DNA from: Bacteroidota bacterium
GTDB lineage: Bacteria; Bacteroidota; Bacteroidia; Chitinophagales; Chitinophagaceae
DNA: 64,000 nt
Direction of reading: 5' to 3'
NCBI GenBank assembly: GCA_039805245.1
Contig: JBDLUN010000144.1
Location: 162-64,161 of the forward strand
Part shown: positions 27,957 to 38,755 of the stretch, in pieces
Layout of the letters: the number at the start of each line of letters is the position of its first letter
Position numbering within the stretch: the stretch's first letter is position 1
Position numbers and translations under genes: made by a program
The notes under the pieces: generated by a model
What the model was told of the DNA's origin: nothing
Databases searched by the model: none
What the model saw: only the letters and a program-made list of their open reading frames with translations

Positions 27957-28502
27957 ATGCAAAAAAAATGGTTTGTTCTGTACACGAGATCCCGCTGTGA
28001 GAAAAAAATAGCAGCTTTATTAACCAAGAGGGATATAGAGAATTATTGTCCGCTCAGCAAATCAATCAGACAATGGTCTGATCGAAAAAAATTGATATAT
28101 GAGCCACTGTTTCCTTCCTATGTTTTTGTTCATGTTGATGATGTTGAACTGCTTTCTTTAAAAAGAATATCTGGAGATATTGTCAATCCAGTCTATTGGC
28201 TCGGAAAGCCTGCTTGGATATGCCAAGAGGAGATTGATGCAGTGAAATATTTCCTCAAAGAGTATGGTGCAGTTCGACTAGAAAAACAGGATGTGAATGT
28301 GAATGATAGGGTGCGTATAATCCGTGGACCATTCAACAATTTCGAGGCCAACGTTGAAGGTTTCAGGAACAATATGGTCAAATTATCATTACCGGCATTG
28401 GGATATATGGTGATTGCAGAAATGGATACATCAGACATTCAGATCATTTCTAAAAATGGAATAGGTGTCAAACAGTTATATCCTTCTGTGTACGCAAATT
28501 AA
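27957..28502 (+). CDS. upxY: UpxY family (NusG/RfaH paralog) transcription antiterminator
   Basis: KWFVLYTRSRCEKK, QWSDRKK, EPLFPSYVFV and KOW domain VRIIRGPF. Confidence 0.93.
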   Translation: MQKKWFVLYTRSRCEKKIAALLTKRDIENYCPLSKSIRQWSDRKKLIYEPLFPSYVFVHVDDVELLSLKRISGDIVNPVYWLGKPAWICQEEIDAVKYFLKEYGAVRLEKQDVNVNDRVRIIRGPFNNFEANVEGFRNNMVKLSLPALGYMVIAEMDTSDIQIISKNGIGVKQLYPSVYAN

Positions 28503-28511
28503 TATCAATTT

Positions 28512-29423
28512 ATGAGATGGACTCTGCGAAATCTAGCTGCCATGTTTTTGGCTATCTGGTATATAGTTTCCGGTAAAGTCAGGAAATCTCTTGTCCGTGC
28601 AAAACGAGGGGAGTATATCTTGTCTGTTTATTTCCATGAACCTGATAAAAAGCTTTTTACTGGTTGCGTAAAATGGTTGATGAAAAAGGGAATGCATTTT
28701 ATTTCTATTGCCGAATTGATGCAAATTATGCGAGGGGAAATGCCCTTTCCAAAGGGAGCCGTATTGTTGACGGCAGATGATGGTTGGAAATCCAATCAAA
28801 ACAATATTATAGATATAGCCAACAGATTGAACATCCCTATTACCATCTTTCTCACCGTGGATCCAATTATATGTGGTACACCGTTCTGGTGGTCTTATAT
28901 AAAAACAGCCAGGAATAAGGGTATGATTCAATTCACTATTGAAGACATGAAGAGAATGGAATTCAATCGTGTGTATGAAATTGTAAATGGATTGAAAGAG
29001 GTCATTGTACTGGGTCGTGAAGCATTGACGGAAGAGCAGGTTAATGATGCCATCAGTCATGGGAGAGTGTCTATTGGAAGCCATACCATGAGTCATCCGA
29101 TTCTTCCCCAATGTTCAGAAGAAAGGGTGGTGTATGAAATCAAACAATCCAAAGATCGGTTGGAAGAGGTTTTTAAAACGGCAATCAAAAGTTTTGCTTA
29201 TCCCAATGGATCTTATACTGACCGGGAAACCAGGATTCTGCAGGATTCAGGATATGATATTGCATTTACAACGGAATTGAGTCCCATCACCCCTGACAGA
29301 CTTATTGAACATTATACAATTCCCCGTATGGAAGTGCTTGAGCATGTTTCATTTTGGGAAACCATTTGCAGAATGAGTGGTGTTTGGGAACCACAACACA
29401 ACTTTAAACAAAAACAAGCATGA
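28512..29423 (+). CDS. Polysaccharide deacetylase (CE4/NodB-like, IcaB/PgaB type)
   Basis: YFH, TADDG, SHTMSHP, FAYPNG and AFTT...IPR motifs. Confidence 0.85.
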   Translation: MRWTLRNLAAMFLAIWYIVSGKVRKSLVRAKRGEYILSVYFHEPDKKLFTGCVKWLMKKGMHFISIAELMQIMRGEMPFPKGAVLLTADDGWKSNQNNIIDIANRLNIPITIFLTVDPIICGTPFWWSYIKTARNKGMIQFTIEDMKRMEFNRVYEIVNGLKEVIVLGREALTEEQVNDAISHGRVSIGSHTMSHPILPQCSEERVVYEIKQSKDRLEEVFKTAIKSFAYPNGSYTDRETRILQDSGYDIAFTTELSPITPDRLIEHYTIPRMEVLEHVSFWETICRMSGVWEPQHNFKQKQA

Positions 29424-30715
29424 TTCAGAAAACGATAGCCATTCTTGTTTTGGTGACTTACTTCATACTGATGTTCATGGGTAAGTCCAACCGGAATACT
29501 TTGTATGTCGGATTCATTCTAATTGCGTTTCCTTTTATGGGTATTGATCTCATTCCCAGCATATTCAGTTTTCGCATTTTTGATTTCATAACACTTACAT
29601 TTCTGTTCCTCTTTTATAAAAAAAGGAAGAAGTTGACGGAAAATCGAAATTCCAAACCAATACTGGCTGTTTCTTTCTTTACAATCGTTGCAGTTTTTGT
29701 ATTGAATGCTTTAAATCAAAGAGATTTAAATACCACCTTTTATGTATCCGCATTACAATTGGTATCGGTTACTATGTTTGCCAAAATAGTTTTTGATGAA
29801 TTTGTTTATGATGACAGCTTGGTATCCAAGATATTACCTTGGTTCAGAATCATGTTGGTATTTTCCCTGATGTTTTTAATGATGCAATTTTTATTTGGCA
29901 CGGCATTTACCTTCTCCAAATCGCCCAATATCAATATAGATGGAGGTGTTGTTATAAGATTCCCCGCTTACTTTCAAGATCCTCAGAAGTATGCTCAATT
30001 TTTGGCAGCTATGAGTTTTCCTGTACTGCTGGCCAGCCATAAAGAAAATAAAATTTCATTCCAAGGGGTTTGCTTATTTGCTGTTGCACTTTTTGCATTA
30101 TTGTACACAGGTGGCAGGGCAGCTTTATTGGGTTGGCTTGTTGGGGTTATTTCTTTGTTGATATTCATGTCAAAGCGGTTTCGATTTATTTTATTGGCAT
30201 TTTTGTTGATTTTGGTTTATATCGGTTACGAGTTTCAGGATAATATTCCAGTTTTGAAAAGGGCAAGTATTGGTGACTCATACGCTTTTCGAAATGAAAT
30301 ATGGATGGATGCCTATAAAATATTCCTCAAATATCCTTTCACTGGCATAGGTTTTGGTGAATATTCAACTTATGTGGCTATTCATAATCCTGATCAATTC
30401 TGGATAGCAGACAATGATGTAACCTATTTTGATCATCCAGAGAGTGGATACCTGAAACTGCTTGTTGAATTCGGACTATTCGGGTTTATTCCTTTGGCAA
30501 TTTTTATGGTTTATCCGATTGTCAACGGGTTAAAAGATTATTTTAAAAATTTCAATACACTTTCTTTGCTGTTTTCCATCTCATTAGTGACATGGATTAT
30601 AGGATTTTCTACTGTCTATTCTCTTGGGGATATCCGGATTGCAATTATGGTGATTACCATTTCTGCCTTTCTCTTGGCACTTTCATCCCCCTCAAATATC
30701 CAAACCCATGATTAA
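29420..30715 (+). CDS. O-antigen ligase/Wzy-family polymerase
   Basis: About 11-12 TM helices; FQDPQ, TGGRAA, R-x-x-IW, GIGFG and HPESGYLKLLVEFG. Confidence 0.8.
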   Translation: MIQKTIAILVLVTYFILMFMGKSNRNTLYVGFILIAFPFMGIDLIPSIFSFRIFDFITLTFLFLFYKKRKKLTENRNSKPILAVSFFTIVAVFVLNALNQRDLNTTFYVSALQLVSVTMFAKIVFDEFVYDDSLVSKILPWFRIMLVFSLMFLMMQFLFGTAFTFSKSPNINIDGGVVIRFPAYFQDPQKYAQFLAAMSFPVLLASHKENKISFQGVCLFAVALFALLYTGGRAALLGWLVGVISLLIFMSKRFRFILLAFLLILVYIGYEFQDNIPVLKRASIGDSYAFRNEIWMDAYKIFLKYPFTGIGFGEYSTYVAIHNPDQFWIADNDVTYFDHPESGYLKLLVEFGLFGFIPLAIFMVYPIVNGLKDYFKNFNTLSLLFSISLVTWIIGFSTVYSLGDIRIAIMVITISAFLLALSSPSNIQTHD

Positions 30716-32075
30716 TATCACCAATCCTCTTTTTCGATTCGTTAAAAGCAAACTTTTTCAAAACAGCATTTGGGGTATTGCTGCCTCTATATTTCAAAAT
30801 CTGGTTTTCTCACTTTTTTTTATCCTATTGGCTAGAACTCTTGATTCAGCAGAATTTTCGGGATACATCATTGCGAATACGTTTTATGGTTTGGTATTGT
30901 CATTTTCTTCGTTGGGAATGAGTCAGTGGTTTATCAGGAATCTGGTTGATACTGAAGACCAAAATAGACTTATTACCTTGTTTTTTTATATTCAATTGTT
31001 TTCTGGAATCATATTTTATTTGTTTCAGGTTGTTTTGGTGTATGGTATTTATGAAGAAAACCTGATCCATATCCTGGCGCTTATACTCGGTATCAATATT
31101 ATTTTCGATAATATCATTTATGTTTTCAAGTCAATCAATATTGCTTTTAACAGCCAAAAAAAAACATTTATTATTTCTTCTTTGGAAGCATTCTTCAAGT
31201 TGATTGCAGCTTTTTTCATTTGGAAATCAGGTGTGCATATCATCGCAGTTGTTTTCATAATCATCATTCTTAGACTAAACACCTTGTTTCTTTTTGTGAA
31301 ATATGGAATGCCTGAAAATTTTAAATTGATTATTTACCGAATAAAAGCCACTTCAAATCTTATTCAATTATATGAAGTTGTTTCCCAGAACAGGTATTTT
31401 ATATTTATTGGCAGTATCAGTGTTTTATTTTGGAGTATCGGCAATATTTTGGTTTCAAAAATGATAGGTTTGAATGCAGTTCCAGTTTATGAAATATCGT
31501 TCAAATTGTTTTCGATGAGTGAAGTTATTCCATTGATGTTTTCAGCCTCAGTCTTCCCTTTATTGGTTCAAAAAAACAAATCAAATATTGCTGAAAGGAA
31601 TATGTATTACCGAAAGATATTCCGCATATATGCCGGATACGGGTTGACAGCATTTTCTTTTGTTTATTTCTTTGCAGATTATTTTATACCTCTCCTTTTC
31701 GGTAATGAGTATCAGCTTACTTCCACTTTTGTTAAGGAAATATTTTTGACGATGTTGTTGTTTCCTACTGCTTTGTTACAGGCAAATTTAATCATCTCTA
31801 TGGGCCATGAAAGAATGGATATGTGGTTCAATTTAAGCAGTTTATTGCTCAATATTGGATTTTCATTAGCTGGACTTTACTTTTTCAAATCATTATCAAT
31901 CGTCAACTATTCGATATTTTTTGCCTTTTGGATATTTCACATGCTACAGGATGTATTTCTCTTAAAGAAAGGCATAGCTGAAAAAAGGGAAGTATTTATA
32001 TTTCATTGCTTGATTATAGCCATTTCTGCCATTTTCTTTTTCAGTAAACAATCAATTATCCTTTACATCCCATGA
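30708..32075 (+). CDS. wzx: Oligosaccharide flippase (Wzx/MOP family)
   Basis: Highly hydrophobic, about 12-14 TM helices; LARTL...FSG and YEISFKL...FPLL patterns; located inside the wza-wcaJ locus. Confidence 0.8.
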   Translation: MINITNPLFRFVKSKLFQNSIWGIAASIFQNLVFSLFFILLARTLDSAEFSGYIIANTFYGLVLSFSSLGMSQWFIRNLVDTEDQNRLITLFFYIQLFSGIIFYLFQVVLVYGIYEENLIHILALILGINIIFDNIIYVFKSINIAFNSQKKTFIISSLEAFFKLIAAFFIWKSGVHIIAVVFIIIILRLNTLFLFVKYGMPENFKLIIYRIKATSNLIQLYEVVSQNRYFIFIGSISVLFWSIGNILVSKMIGLNAVPVYEISFKLFSMSEVIPLMFSASVFPLLVQKNKSNIAERNMYYRKIFRIYAGYGLTAFSFVYFFADYFIPLLFGNEYQLTSTFVKEIFLTMLLFPTALLQANLIISMGHERMDMWFNLSSLLLNIGFSLAGLYFFKSLSIVNYSIFFAFWIFHMLQDVFLLKKGIAEKREVFIFHCLIIAISAIFFFSKQSIILYIP

Positions 32076-33238
32076 CCATGTTAAAAAAGAAAACCATTGT
32101 TTATTATTCTCAGCCGTATTTCCTAGACAGCACTCTTGAAACTTTAAATTGTATCAAATTTGATTTTGATGTCCATTTAATAGTTGAGATTTCAAATGAT
32201 TCAAAGACTTCAACTATATTGGATTTTTCAGGCATAGAATTGATACCTGGTATTTTTGACTTGGAAGAAATCATGCCTGAAAACCAAAAACCCTTTTTTT
32301 CAAAGCATTTCTCCGCAATCAAATCAGTTAAATTCATTGTTTTTGGTGGAAAAAGATCCTTATCTATGGCATCTTTTCTGGGTTCAATGGATTTGTCGGC
32401 CTACATCAATGCATTACAACCTTCTTTGATTCATTTTGATTCTGTTTCACTTAGAGCCATTTGGTCGCTTCCTTTTTTGAGCAATGTCAAATTGATTTCA
32501 ACAATACACGATCCCGTGCCACATCAAGGGGAAGGAAACTGGAAATTTCATTTAACAAGCGTTATTTATCGGCAGTTCACTTCTTCGGTTTTTTTGTATT
32601 CTGAATATGCACTATCCCTTTATAAACAGCATTACCCCCATTTCAAGAAATTGTATAAGATTTCTTTAATGCCCTATCATTTCATTACACAGTATGTCAG
32701 TGACAAAAGTTTACGCGGAAAGTATATCCTTTTTTTTGGAAGATTGTCTGCCTATAAAGGAATTGATCTCTTGCTCAAAGCCATTCCAGATGTGTTAAAA
32801 ACCCACCCTGATGAGCAATTTGTGATTGCCGGTAATCCTGAATCTAACATTCATATTGATTTTCCTGCAGATTCGAGATTGCGTATTATTTCCCGTCACC
32901 TCGAGTTGGATGAATTGGCTAACCTTATTGCCAATGCCAAATTTATTGTTTGTCCATATAGGGAGGCGACACAGAGTGGTGTGTTGATGACAGCTTTTGC
33001 ATTCAATAAGTGTGTTCTGGCTTCTAATGTTGGAGCATTTCCGGAATATATATCAAATGACGATAACGGTTTGTTGACCGCGCCAACCATACAGGATTTG
33101 TCTAATGGTATCAGAACCATGGTAGACAATCATTATTATGAGCAATTGAATTATAATCTGGCTAATGCCAATAACAAATGTATAGAGCAAAGTAACCGAA
33201 TCATCTTAAAACATGTTTATGAGCAGGCGGCAGAATAA
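32072..33238 (+). CDS. GT4 glycosyltransferase
   Basis: TIHDP, FFGRLSAYKG, PYREATQSGV and ASNVGAFPE. Confidence 0.9.
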   Translation: MTMLKKKTIVYYSQPYFLDSTLETLNCIKFDFDVHLIVEISNDSKTSTILDFSGIELIPGIFDLEEIMPENQKPFFSKHFSAIKSVKFIVFGGKRSLSMASFLGSMDLSAYINALQPSLIHFDSVSLRAIWSLPFLSNVKLISTIHDPVPHQGEGNWKFHLTSVIYRQFTSSVFLYSEYALSLYKQHYPHFKKLYKISLMPYHFITQYVSDKSLRGKYILFFGRLSAYKGIDLLLKAIPDVLKTHPDEQFVIAGNPESNIHIDFPADSRLRIISRHLELDELANLIANAKFIVCPYREATQSGVLMTAFAFNKCVLASNVGAFPEYISNDDNGLLTAPTIQDLSNGIRTMVDNHYYEQLNYNLANANNKCIEQSNRIILKHVYEQAAE

Positions 33239-34385
33239 TCCTTTGGGTATATGCTCAAAGAAGAAATTTCTTTTTGTCATCCACGGTTTGCCAATGGGTG
33301 GTGCAGAAAAATTCCTTATTGGCTTGTTGAATCATTTTGTACAATTGGGATATCATCCGGTTTTAATTTTATTGAGTCATGATTTGACGCTTCTTAATGA
33401 ATTGGATAATGCAATAGAAGTTAAGATTGTTACCAAAAAGAACAAGTTTGATTTATCTTTTCCTTTTCGTGTCAAAAATGTAATTAGATTGGCCAATCCT
33501 GATTTGATAGTCTGCATTAATCCTTACTCTTTTTTTATAGCCAGAATCCCCTTTTTACTCAATAGATCATACCGTTTCTGTCTCTCTCCTCATTCAACCA
33601 TACCATTTTCATTCAAGAATTATCTCCAAAACTATTTATACATGTTGAGTGTAAGAGCACAGGACATGGTGATATGTTTATGTGCAAAGCAAAAGGATTT
33701 TCTTACAACCAATTATCCTTTGTCTTCAAGACATATTTTAGTTATCAATAACGGCGTTGATTTTAGTCATTTCAAACCTGATGGGGGATTTAATGAACAA
33801 ATTGCTTACTGGAAAGGCTTTTATAGTATAAAGGAAAATGAGAAGACGGTTCTTTTGGCCGCTAGGATTACTGAAGAGAAAAGGCACATAGATGCCATTG
33901 AAGTAGTTGCCCAAATGAATCAGAAAAATGTGCAGAAATGCCACTTACTGATCGTAGGAGATGGGCCTGTAAGCTTGGTTAATTCATTAAAAAAACAAGC
34001 CAGTAACCTTAAACAGGATCAATTTATTCATTTTTTGGGTGCTGTGCAGGATGTGCGACCATTTTATGCCATGGCTGATTTGTTTGTACTCACCTCATTC
34101 AGTGAGACATTTTCTATAGCTGCAATAGAATCCTTGTCTTTTGGTGTTCCACTTGCCATCACTGATGTTGGTGGTGCAAGTGAAATGGTTGTTGATGGTT
34201 TTAATGGTGTTTTAACAACTCCTAAAGATATTGATGGAATGGCCCATAAATGGCATTTAGCATTGAATAGAAATTACAACCATGCTGAAATTATCCAATC
34301 AGCCCGTAGCAAATTCGATTTGCCTGTTATGTTACGAAATTATGAGAAAGCCTTTTTTGAGTATTCCCCAACATTTCAAAATTGA
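33213..34385 (+). CDS. GT4 glycosyltransferase
   Basis: GGAE, NNGVD, ARITEEKRH, SETFSIAAIES and TDVGGASE. Confidence 0.9.
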   Translation: MFMSRRQNNPLGICSKKKFLFVIHGLPMGGAEKFLIGLLNHFVQLGYHPVLILLSHDLTLLNELDNAIEVKIVTKKNKFDLSFPFRVKNVIRLANPDLIVCINPYSFFIARIPFLLNRSYRFCLSPHSTIPFSFKNYLQNYLYMLSVRAQDMVICLCAKQKDFLTTNYPLSSRHILVINNGVDFSHFKPDGGFNEQIAYWKGFYSIKENEKTVLLAARITEEKRHIDAIEVVAQMNQKNVQKCHLLIVGDGPVSLVNSLKKQASNLKQDQFIHFLGAVQDVRPFYAMADLFVLTSFSETFSIAAIESLSFGVPLAITDVGGASEMVVDGFNGVLTTPKDIDGMAHKWHLALNRNYNHAEIIQSARSKFDLPVMLRNYEKAFFEYSPTFQN

Positions 34386-34388
34386 CTC

Positions 34389-35432
34389 ATGGGTTATCCT
34401 TTTCATAAAGTGCTTTTTATAGGACCAGCTGACCAACAGGGTGGAATGGGGGCAGTATTGCGGAGTTATGCAAAGTCAATCAAAGCGTTTAATGTGATAA
34501 CAACCCATGACATAAATAATCAGCAATATTTTTACTTTATTATACAATTTATAAACATAATCAAGTTTATACTTCTTAATGATGACTTGGAAATACTGCA
34601 TATCCATTCTGCTTCCAAAGGCAGTTTTGTCAGAAAAGGGTTAGTGCTTTTATTGGCAAAAGCTTTCAATAAGAAAGTTGTTTTTCATATTCATGGCGGT
34701 GGCTTTATGGATTTTTATTCTTCCAGCAAGCATGCTAAACCAATAATCCGTTGGGTATTGTCTAAGGCAGATGTACTTATTTGTCTATCTGAAGAATGGA
34801 AACAAATATTTGAAAAGGAAGCTTTCAATCGACAAGTTGTACGACTGAATAACCCTGTACAGGAATTTTCTTTTCCTCCTAGGAATTATGACAGATCCGT
34901 TTTAAAAATTCTTTTTTTAGGTAGAATTTCAGCCGAAAAAGGGTTGTTCGATTTGTTGAATTATTTGAAATCAAATACTCATTTCAGGAAAGGATTGATC
35001 ACTTTAACAATTGGTGGAACTGGAGATCATGAAAAATTAAATGCATTACTTAATGATGATGTTTTTCATGATCGTGTCATTTATAAGGGTTGGTTGAATG
35101 AAAATGGAAAGCAAAGACAATTATCCGATAATGATATATTCATTTTGCCGTCTTATTATGAGGGAATGCCAATTTCCATTTTAGAGGCTATGTCTGCCAA
35201 AATGCCCATCATTGCCACCAATGTTGGAGGTATACCTTCTGTTGTAAAGCCCGGATTGAACGGATGGTTATTTAATCCTGGGTCGTTTTCCAGCCTGGAT
35301 TCAGTATTTGATGATCTGATGGCAAATAAAAAATATATCAACGCGTATGGGGAGCAATCGCTACGTTTGGTTCAACCTTATTTGGCAGATAGAATCATGC
35401 AAGATTTGAGTGAAGTTTATTCTACTTTATAA
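34389..35432 (+). CDS. GT4 glycosyltransferase
   Basis: HIHGG, FLGRISAEKG, PSYYEGMPISILEAM and TNVGGIP. Confidence 0.92.
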   Translation: MGYPFHKVLFIGPADQQGGMGAVLRSYAKSIKAFNVITTHDINNQQYFYFIIQFINIIKFILLNDDLEILHIHSASKGSFVRKGLVLLLAKAFNKKVVFHIHGGGFMDFYSSSKHAKPIIRWVLSKADVLICLSEEWKQIFEKEAFNRQVVRLNNPVQEFSFPPRNYDRSVLKILFLGRISAEKGLFDLLNYLKSNTHFRKGLITLTIGGTGDHEKLNALLNDDVFHDRVIYKGWLNENGKQRQLSDNDIFILPSYYEGMPISILEAMSAKMPIIATNVGGIPSVVKPGLNGWLFNPGSFSSLDSVFDDLMANKKYINAYGEQSLRLVQPYLADRIMQDLSEVYSTL

Positions 35433-35441
35433 TCGTACACC

Positions 35442-36728
35442 ATGAATTTATATCCTATTTGGGGCATTTTGAATTTGTATTTGATTGATATGTTAAGGGG
35501 AACCCACATACAATCTTATCTGAAAAATTTACGAAAGGAACAATTTCTTTCTTCAGAAGAGCTATATCGCTCATCCAAGCTAAAATATCAAGAGCAATTG
35601 CACTTGGCCCAACAGCATACTGTATATTTTAAAAATTTGTCTGCGGATAGCCCTGTACCGGTATTGACTAAAGATTTGATCAGAAAAAATCATAAAGGAT
35701 TGATAAATAAAGCATACAAAGGTCCTTTAATCCAAAAAGCTACCGGTGGATCTTCCGGGAACCCACTTGTTTATGTTACAACCAAGGAAGCACAGTCCTT
35801 CATGTGGGCCGGAATAATCCTATCATGGGAAGTTGCCGGATACAAGCATGGGGATAGGATTGCATTTGTGGCTGGAACATCACTTTCCAAGTCTGATTTC
35901 AAGCACAATATATTTCATGCTTTACTGAATATAAAAACCTATTCTGCTTTTGACCTAACAGATGAACGTATTGCTGAATACCTTGATGATATACGCAATA
36001 GACAGGTTAAAATCATTTATGCCTATTCTTCAGCTTTGGATGTCATGGCCGATTATATGATTAGGGTAGGCTACCCCCGAATTCCATCTTTGAAATCCAT
36101 TGTTTCAACAGCTGAGATATTAAGTTCCTCATCTAGAAAAAAAATTGAATCAGCATTCAGGGTAAGGGTATATAACCAATATGGATGCAATGAAGCGGGA
36201 GTCTCAGCCTTCGAATGTGAAAATGGCAGTATGCATCAGATTAATTCTGCTTCATGGACCTACACTGATGCTGATGATAATCTGTTGGCTACAAACCTGG
36301 TGAATAAGGCATTTTTGATGATCAATTATTTTACTGGCGACAAGGTTATATTTTCCAAAAAGCAGCCATGTTCGTGTGGACGCGGTTACCCGGTCATTGA
36401 AGAAGTGATTGGGAGGACTTTTGAGTTCATCACGGATATGAATGGTAAACTACTTCATGCTGCTTTCTTCAGTATTCTTTTCAGAAATGATGATTCTATA
36501 GAACGGTATCAGGTACAATATGATACTGATTCTATTCATATCCTTTTGAAAGTGAAATTCACGAAAACAGGAAAAAGTCATTATGACCAATATATCCAAA
36601 AAGTAAAACAGCACCTTGTTTTCAATACCTATGATATCCAATTGAATATGCCTTTCTTTTCAGAGAAGAATGGCAAAAATTTACAGGTAGTAAACCTTAC
36701 AAAAGTCCAACATGAAAATCTGGTTTGA
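35442..36728 (+). CDS. Phenylacetate-CoA ligase family / CapK-like adenylate-forming protein
   Basis: ANL P-loop TGGSSGNP, TAE, NQYGCNE, YFTGD and CSCGRG...IGR. Confidence 0.82.
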   Translation: MNLYPIWGILNLYLIDMLRGTHIQSYLKNLRKEQFLSSEELYRSSKLKYQEQLHLAQQHTVYFKNLSADSPVPVLTKDLIRKNHKGLINKAYKGPLIQKATGGSSGNPLVYVTTKEAQSFMWAGIILSWEVAGYKHGDRIAFVAGTSLSKSDFKHNIFHALLNIKTYSAFDLTDERIAEYLDDIRNRQVKIIYAYSSALDVMADYMIRVGYPRIPSLKSIVSTAEILSSSSRKKIESAFRVRVYNQYGCNEAGVSAFECENGSMHQINSASWTYTDADDNLLATNLVNKAFLMINYFTGDKVIFSKKQPCSCGRGYPVIEEVIGRTFEFITDMNGKLLHAAFFSILFRNDDSIERYQVQYDTDSIHILLKVKFTKTGKSHYDQYIQKVKQHLVFNTYDIQLNMPFFSEKNGKNLQVVNLTKVQHENLV

Positions 36729-37740
36729 CATTTCCAATTCACCGCATATCAATATGTGGTATGATATCATCCAGGATCTTGAACGTTCAGGTCATGAAGT
36801 GGTTATTACTTCACGGCCATTGGCTAATACCATCCAAATCCTTGATCAAAGGGGATTGAATCATACTGTCATCGGCGAACATTATGGAAAGAATTTATTT
36901 AAAAAATTATTGGGTTATCCTATCCGTATTTTTCAGTTATGGAAACATCTGAGGCATAAACAGATCAATTTGGCCATTTCACAAAGTTCATTTCATTCAC
37001 CATTGGCTTCATTTCTCTTGGGTATACCGTCTATTTATACCAATGACAATGAACACGCTTTTGGTAATATTCCCGCTTTTCTTTTTGCAAGCAGGATATT
37101 GATTCCAGAAAACATGAAGAGAAATGCGATGCTTCGTTTACTTTACAAAAAGACCCAAACCTATCCGGGTATCAAAGAGGGCATTTACCTCTGGCGTCTT
37201 GCTGAAATCATTGCCCAAAAAAGGCAGCAATTCAATCAAAACAGTTTCCGTGTTTTTATTCGTCCGGAACCTGCAACTGCCCAATATTATGATGGTAAAG
37301 AAAATTTCATGGATGATTTATTATCGGATTTGACTGATCAAGCCCCAGTTACAGTTCTTACAAGAAATAAAAGTCAGTTCAATCATTACAACAGTGAAAA
37401 ATTCCCCAAGCTGGAAGTGCCTTCGATTCCGATTTCATTCGAAGATATCGCTTCAAGTTGCTCTTATTTCATCGGTGCAGGTGGCTCTATGACTAGGGAG
37501 ATGGCCATGGTTGGCGTTCCAACTGTTTCTGTCTACCAGGATAAGTTGCTTGAAGTGGACAAAGCATTGGTTGATTCAGGATTGATGATTCATGAACCAG
37601 AATTGACTATGGATAAGCTCAATACAATTGTCAAGACATTCAACTCAGCAACTGATAAAACAGCATTAATGCAAAAAGGGAAATCAGCGTATGAACAATT
37701 TATGCAAACCATCAATCAGTATAACATTCAAAATCAATGA
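36712..37740 (+). CDS. DUF354 domain protein (GT-B-like fold)
   Basis: MKIWFDISNSPH, IGEHYG, DNEHA, RPEP and IGAGGSMTREMA. Confidence 0.82.
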   Translation: MKIWFDISNSPHINMWYDIIQDLERSGHEVVITSRPLANTIQILDQRGLNHTVIGEHYGKNLFKKLLGYPIRIFQLWKHLRHKQINLAISQSSFHSPLASFLLGIPSIYTNDNEHAFGNIPAFLFASRILIPENMKRNAMLRLLYKKTQTYPGIKEGIYLWRLAEIIAQKRQQFNQNSFRVFIRPEPATAQYYDGKENFMDDLLSDLTDQAPVTVLTRNKSQFNHYNSEKFPKLEVPSIPISFEDIASSCSYFIGAGGSMTREMAMVGVPTVSVYQDKLLEVDKALVDSGLMIHEPELTMDKLNTIVKTFNSATDKTALMQKGKSAYEQFMQTINQYNIQNQ

Positions 37741-38750
37741 GTATGATAAAAGTAGGACTAATTGGGGCCGGTAAAATGGGCATTTCACATTTGGCCATTC
37801 TGGGCATGCATCCTGATGTAGAGCTTGTTGGTGTGGCAGACCAATCAACAATGGTATTGGATGTGATAAGGAAGTTGACACATTTCAAACCTTATTCGGA
37901 TTACCGCAATATGATGGAACAGGAGAGGCCTGACGCCGTTGTGGTTGCTGCACCTACGAGGTTACATGAGCCTTTGGTTCAGGAATTGGTCGATTCCAAC
38001 ATCCATGTATTTGTTGAAAAACCATTTTGTATGCATACCTCCAAAGGCAGACAATTGGTGAACGCTGTCAAAGAAAAGAGACTGGTCAACCAGGTTGGTT
38101 ACCACAATAAATTCATGGGAACATTCAATGAAGCTAAACGGATTTTGGATGGCGGATACATAGGATCAATACAACACTTTTCAGGGGATATGAATGGTCC
38201 TGTAGTAATCAAAAAGAAAGACGGCACATGGAGATCAAAACCTGAGGAAGGTGGAGGGTGTCTAATGGATTATGCAGCCCATTTGATTGACTTGTTGGGT
38301 TACCTGATTGCACCTTTGGACACCATTTTGGGAGCTGATTTGTTATCGTATTATTCTGGTCATGTGGAAGATGCTGTCTACTGTCTGTTGGTTTCTCGAA
38401 ATGGAATCCATGGTAATATCAATGTCAACTGGAGTGATGATGCTTATAGGAAAATGTCTACGGCTGTTACCATTGATGGGACTTTGGGTAAAATAATTGT
38501 TGATACCACTGAAATAAAAGTCCATTTCCGCACAGACAACTGTCCTTCCCCCTATGTAAAAGGATGGAATGTTTGCCATATCAATGAACTTGCCCCTCCT
38601 GTTTCCTTTTATTTACGGGGTGAAGAATACTCGGCGCAAATGGACAAATTCATCAATGCTGTTTCAGGTAAGTCTCCTAATGATATAAACACTTTTGAAA
38701 CAGCACTTCATACTGACTTGCTGATTGAGAAAATCAAAAATTACAACTGA
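37737..38750 (+). CDS. Gfo/Idh/MocA family NAD(P)-dependent oxidoreductase
   Basis: GLIGAGKMG, HVFVEKP and GGGCLMDYAAHLID. Confidence 0.9.
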   Translation: MSMIKVGLIGAGKMGISHLAILGMHPDVELVGVADQSTMVLDVIRKLTHFKPYSDYRNMMEQERPDAVVVAAPTRLHEPLVQELVDSNIHVFVEKPFCMHTSKGRQLVNAVKEKRLVNQVGYHNKFMGTFNEAKRILDGGYIGSIQHFSGDMNGPVVIKKKDGTWRSKPEEGGGCLMDYAAHLIDLLGYLIAPLDTILGADLLSYYSGHVEDAVYCLLVSRNGIHGNINVNWSDDAYRKMSTAVTIDGTLGKIIVDTTEIKVHFRTDNCPSPYVKGWNVCHINELAPPVSFYLRGEEYSAQMDKFINAVSGKSPNDINTFETALHTDLLIEKIKNYN

Positions 38751-38755
38751 TACTT

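Noticed and set aside
27957-27968. A8 tract right after the upxY start (and A9 in wzx at 31156-31164) as phase-variation sites
   Set aside because: Such runs are common in AT-rich Lys codons, the frames are intact, and there is no evidence of length variation.
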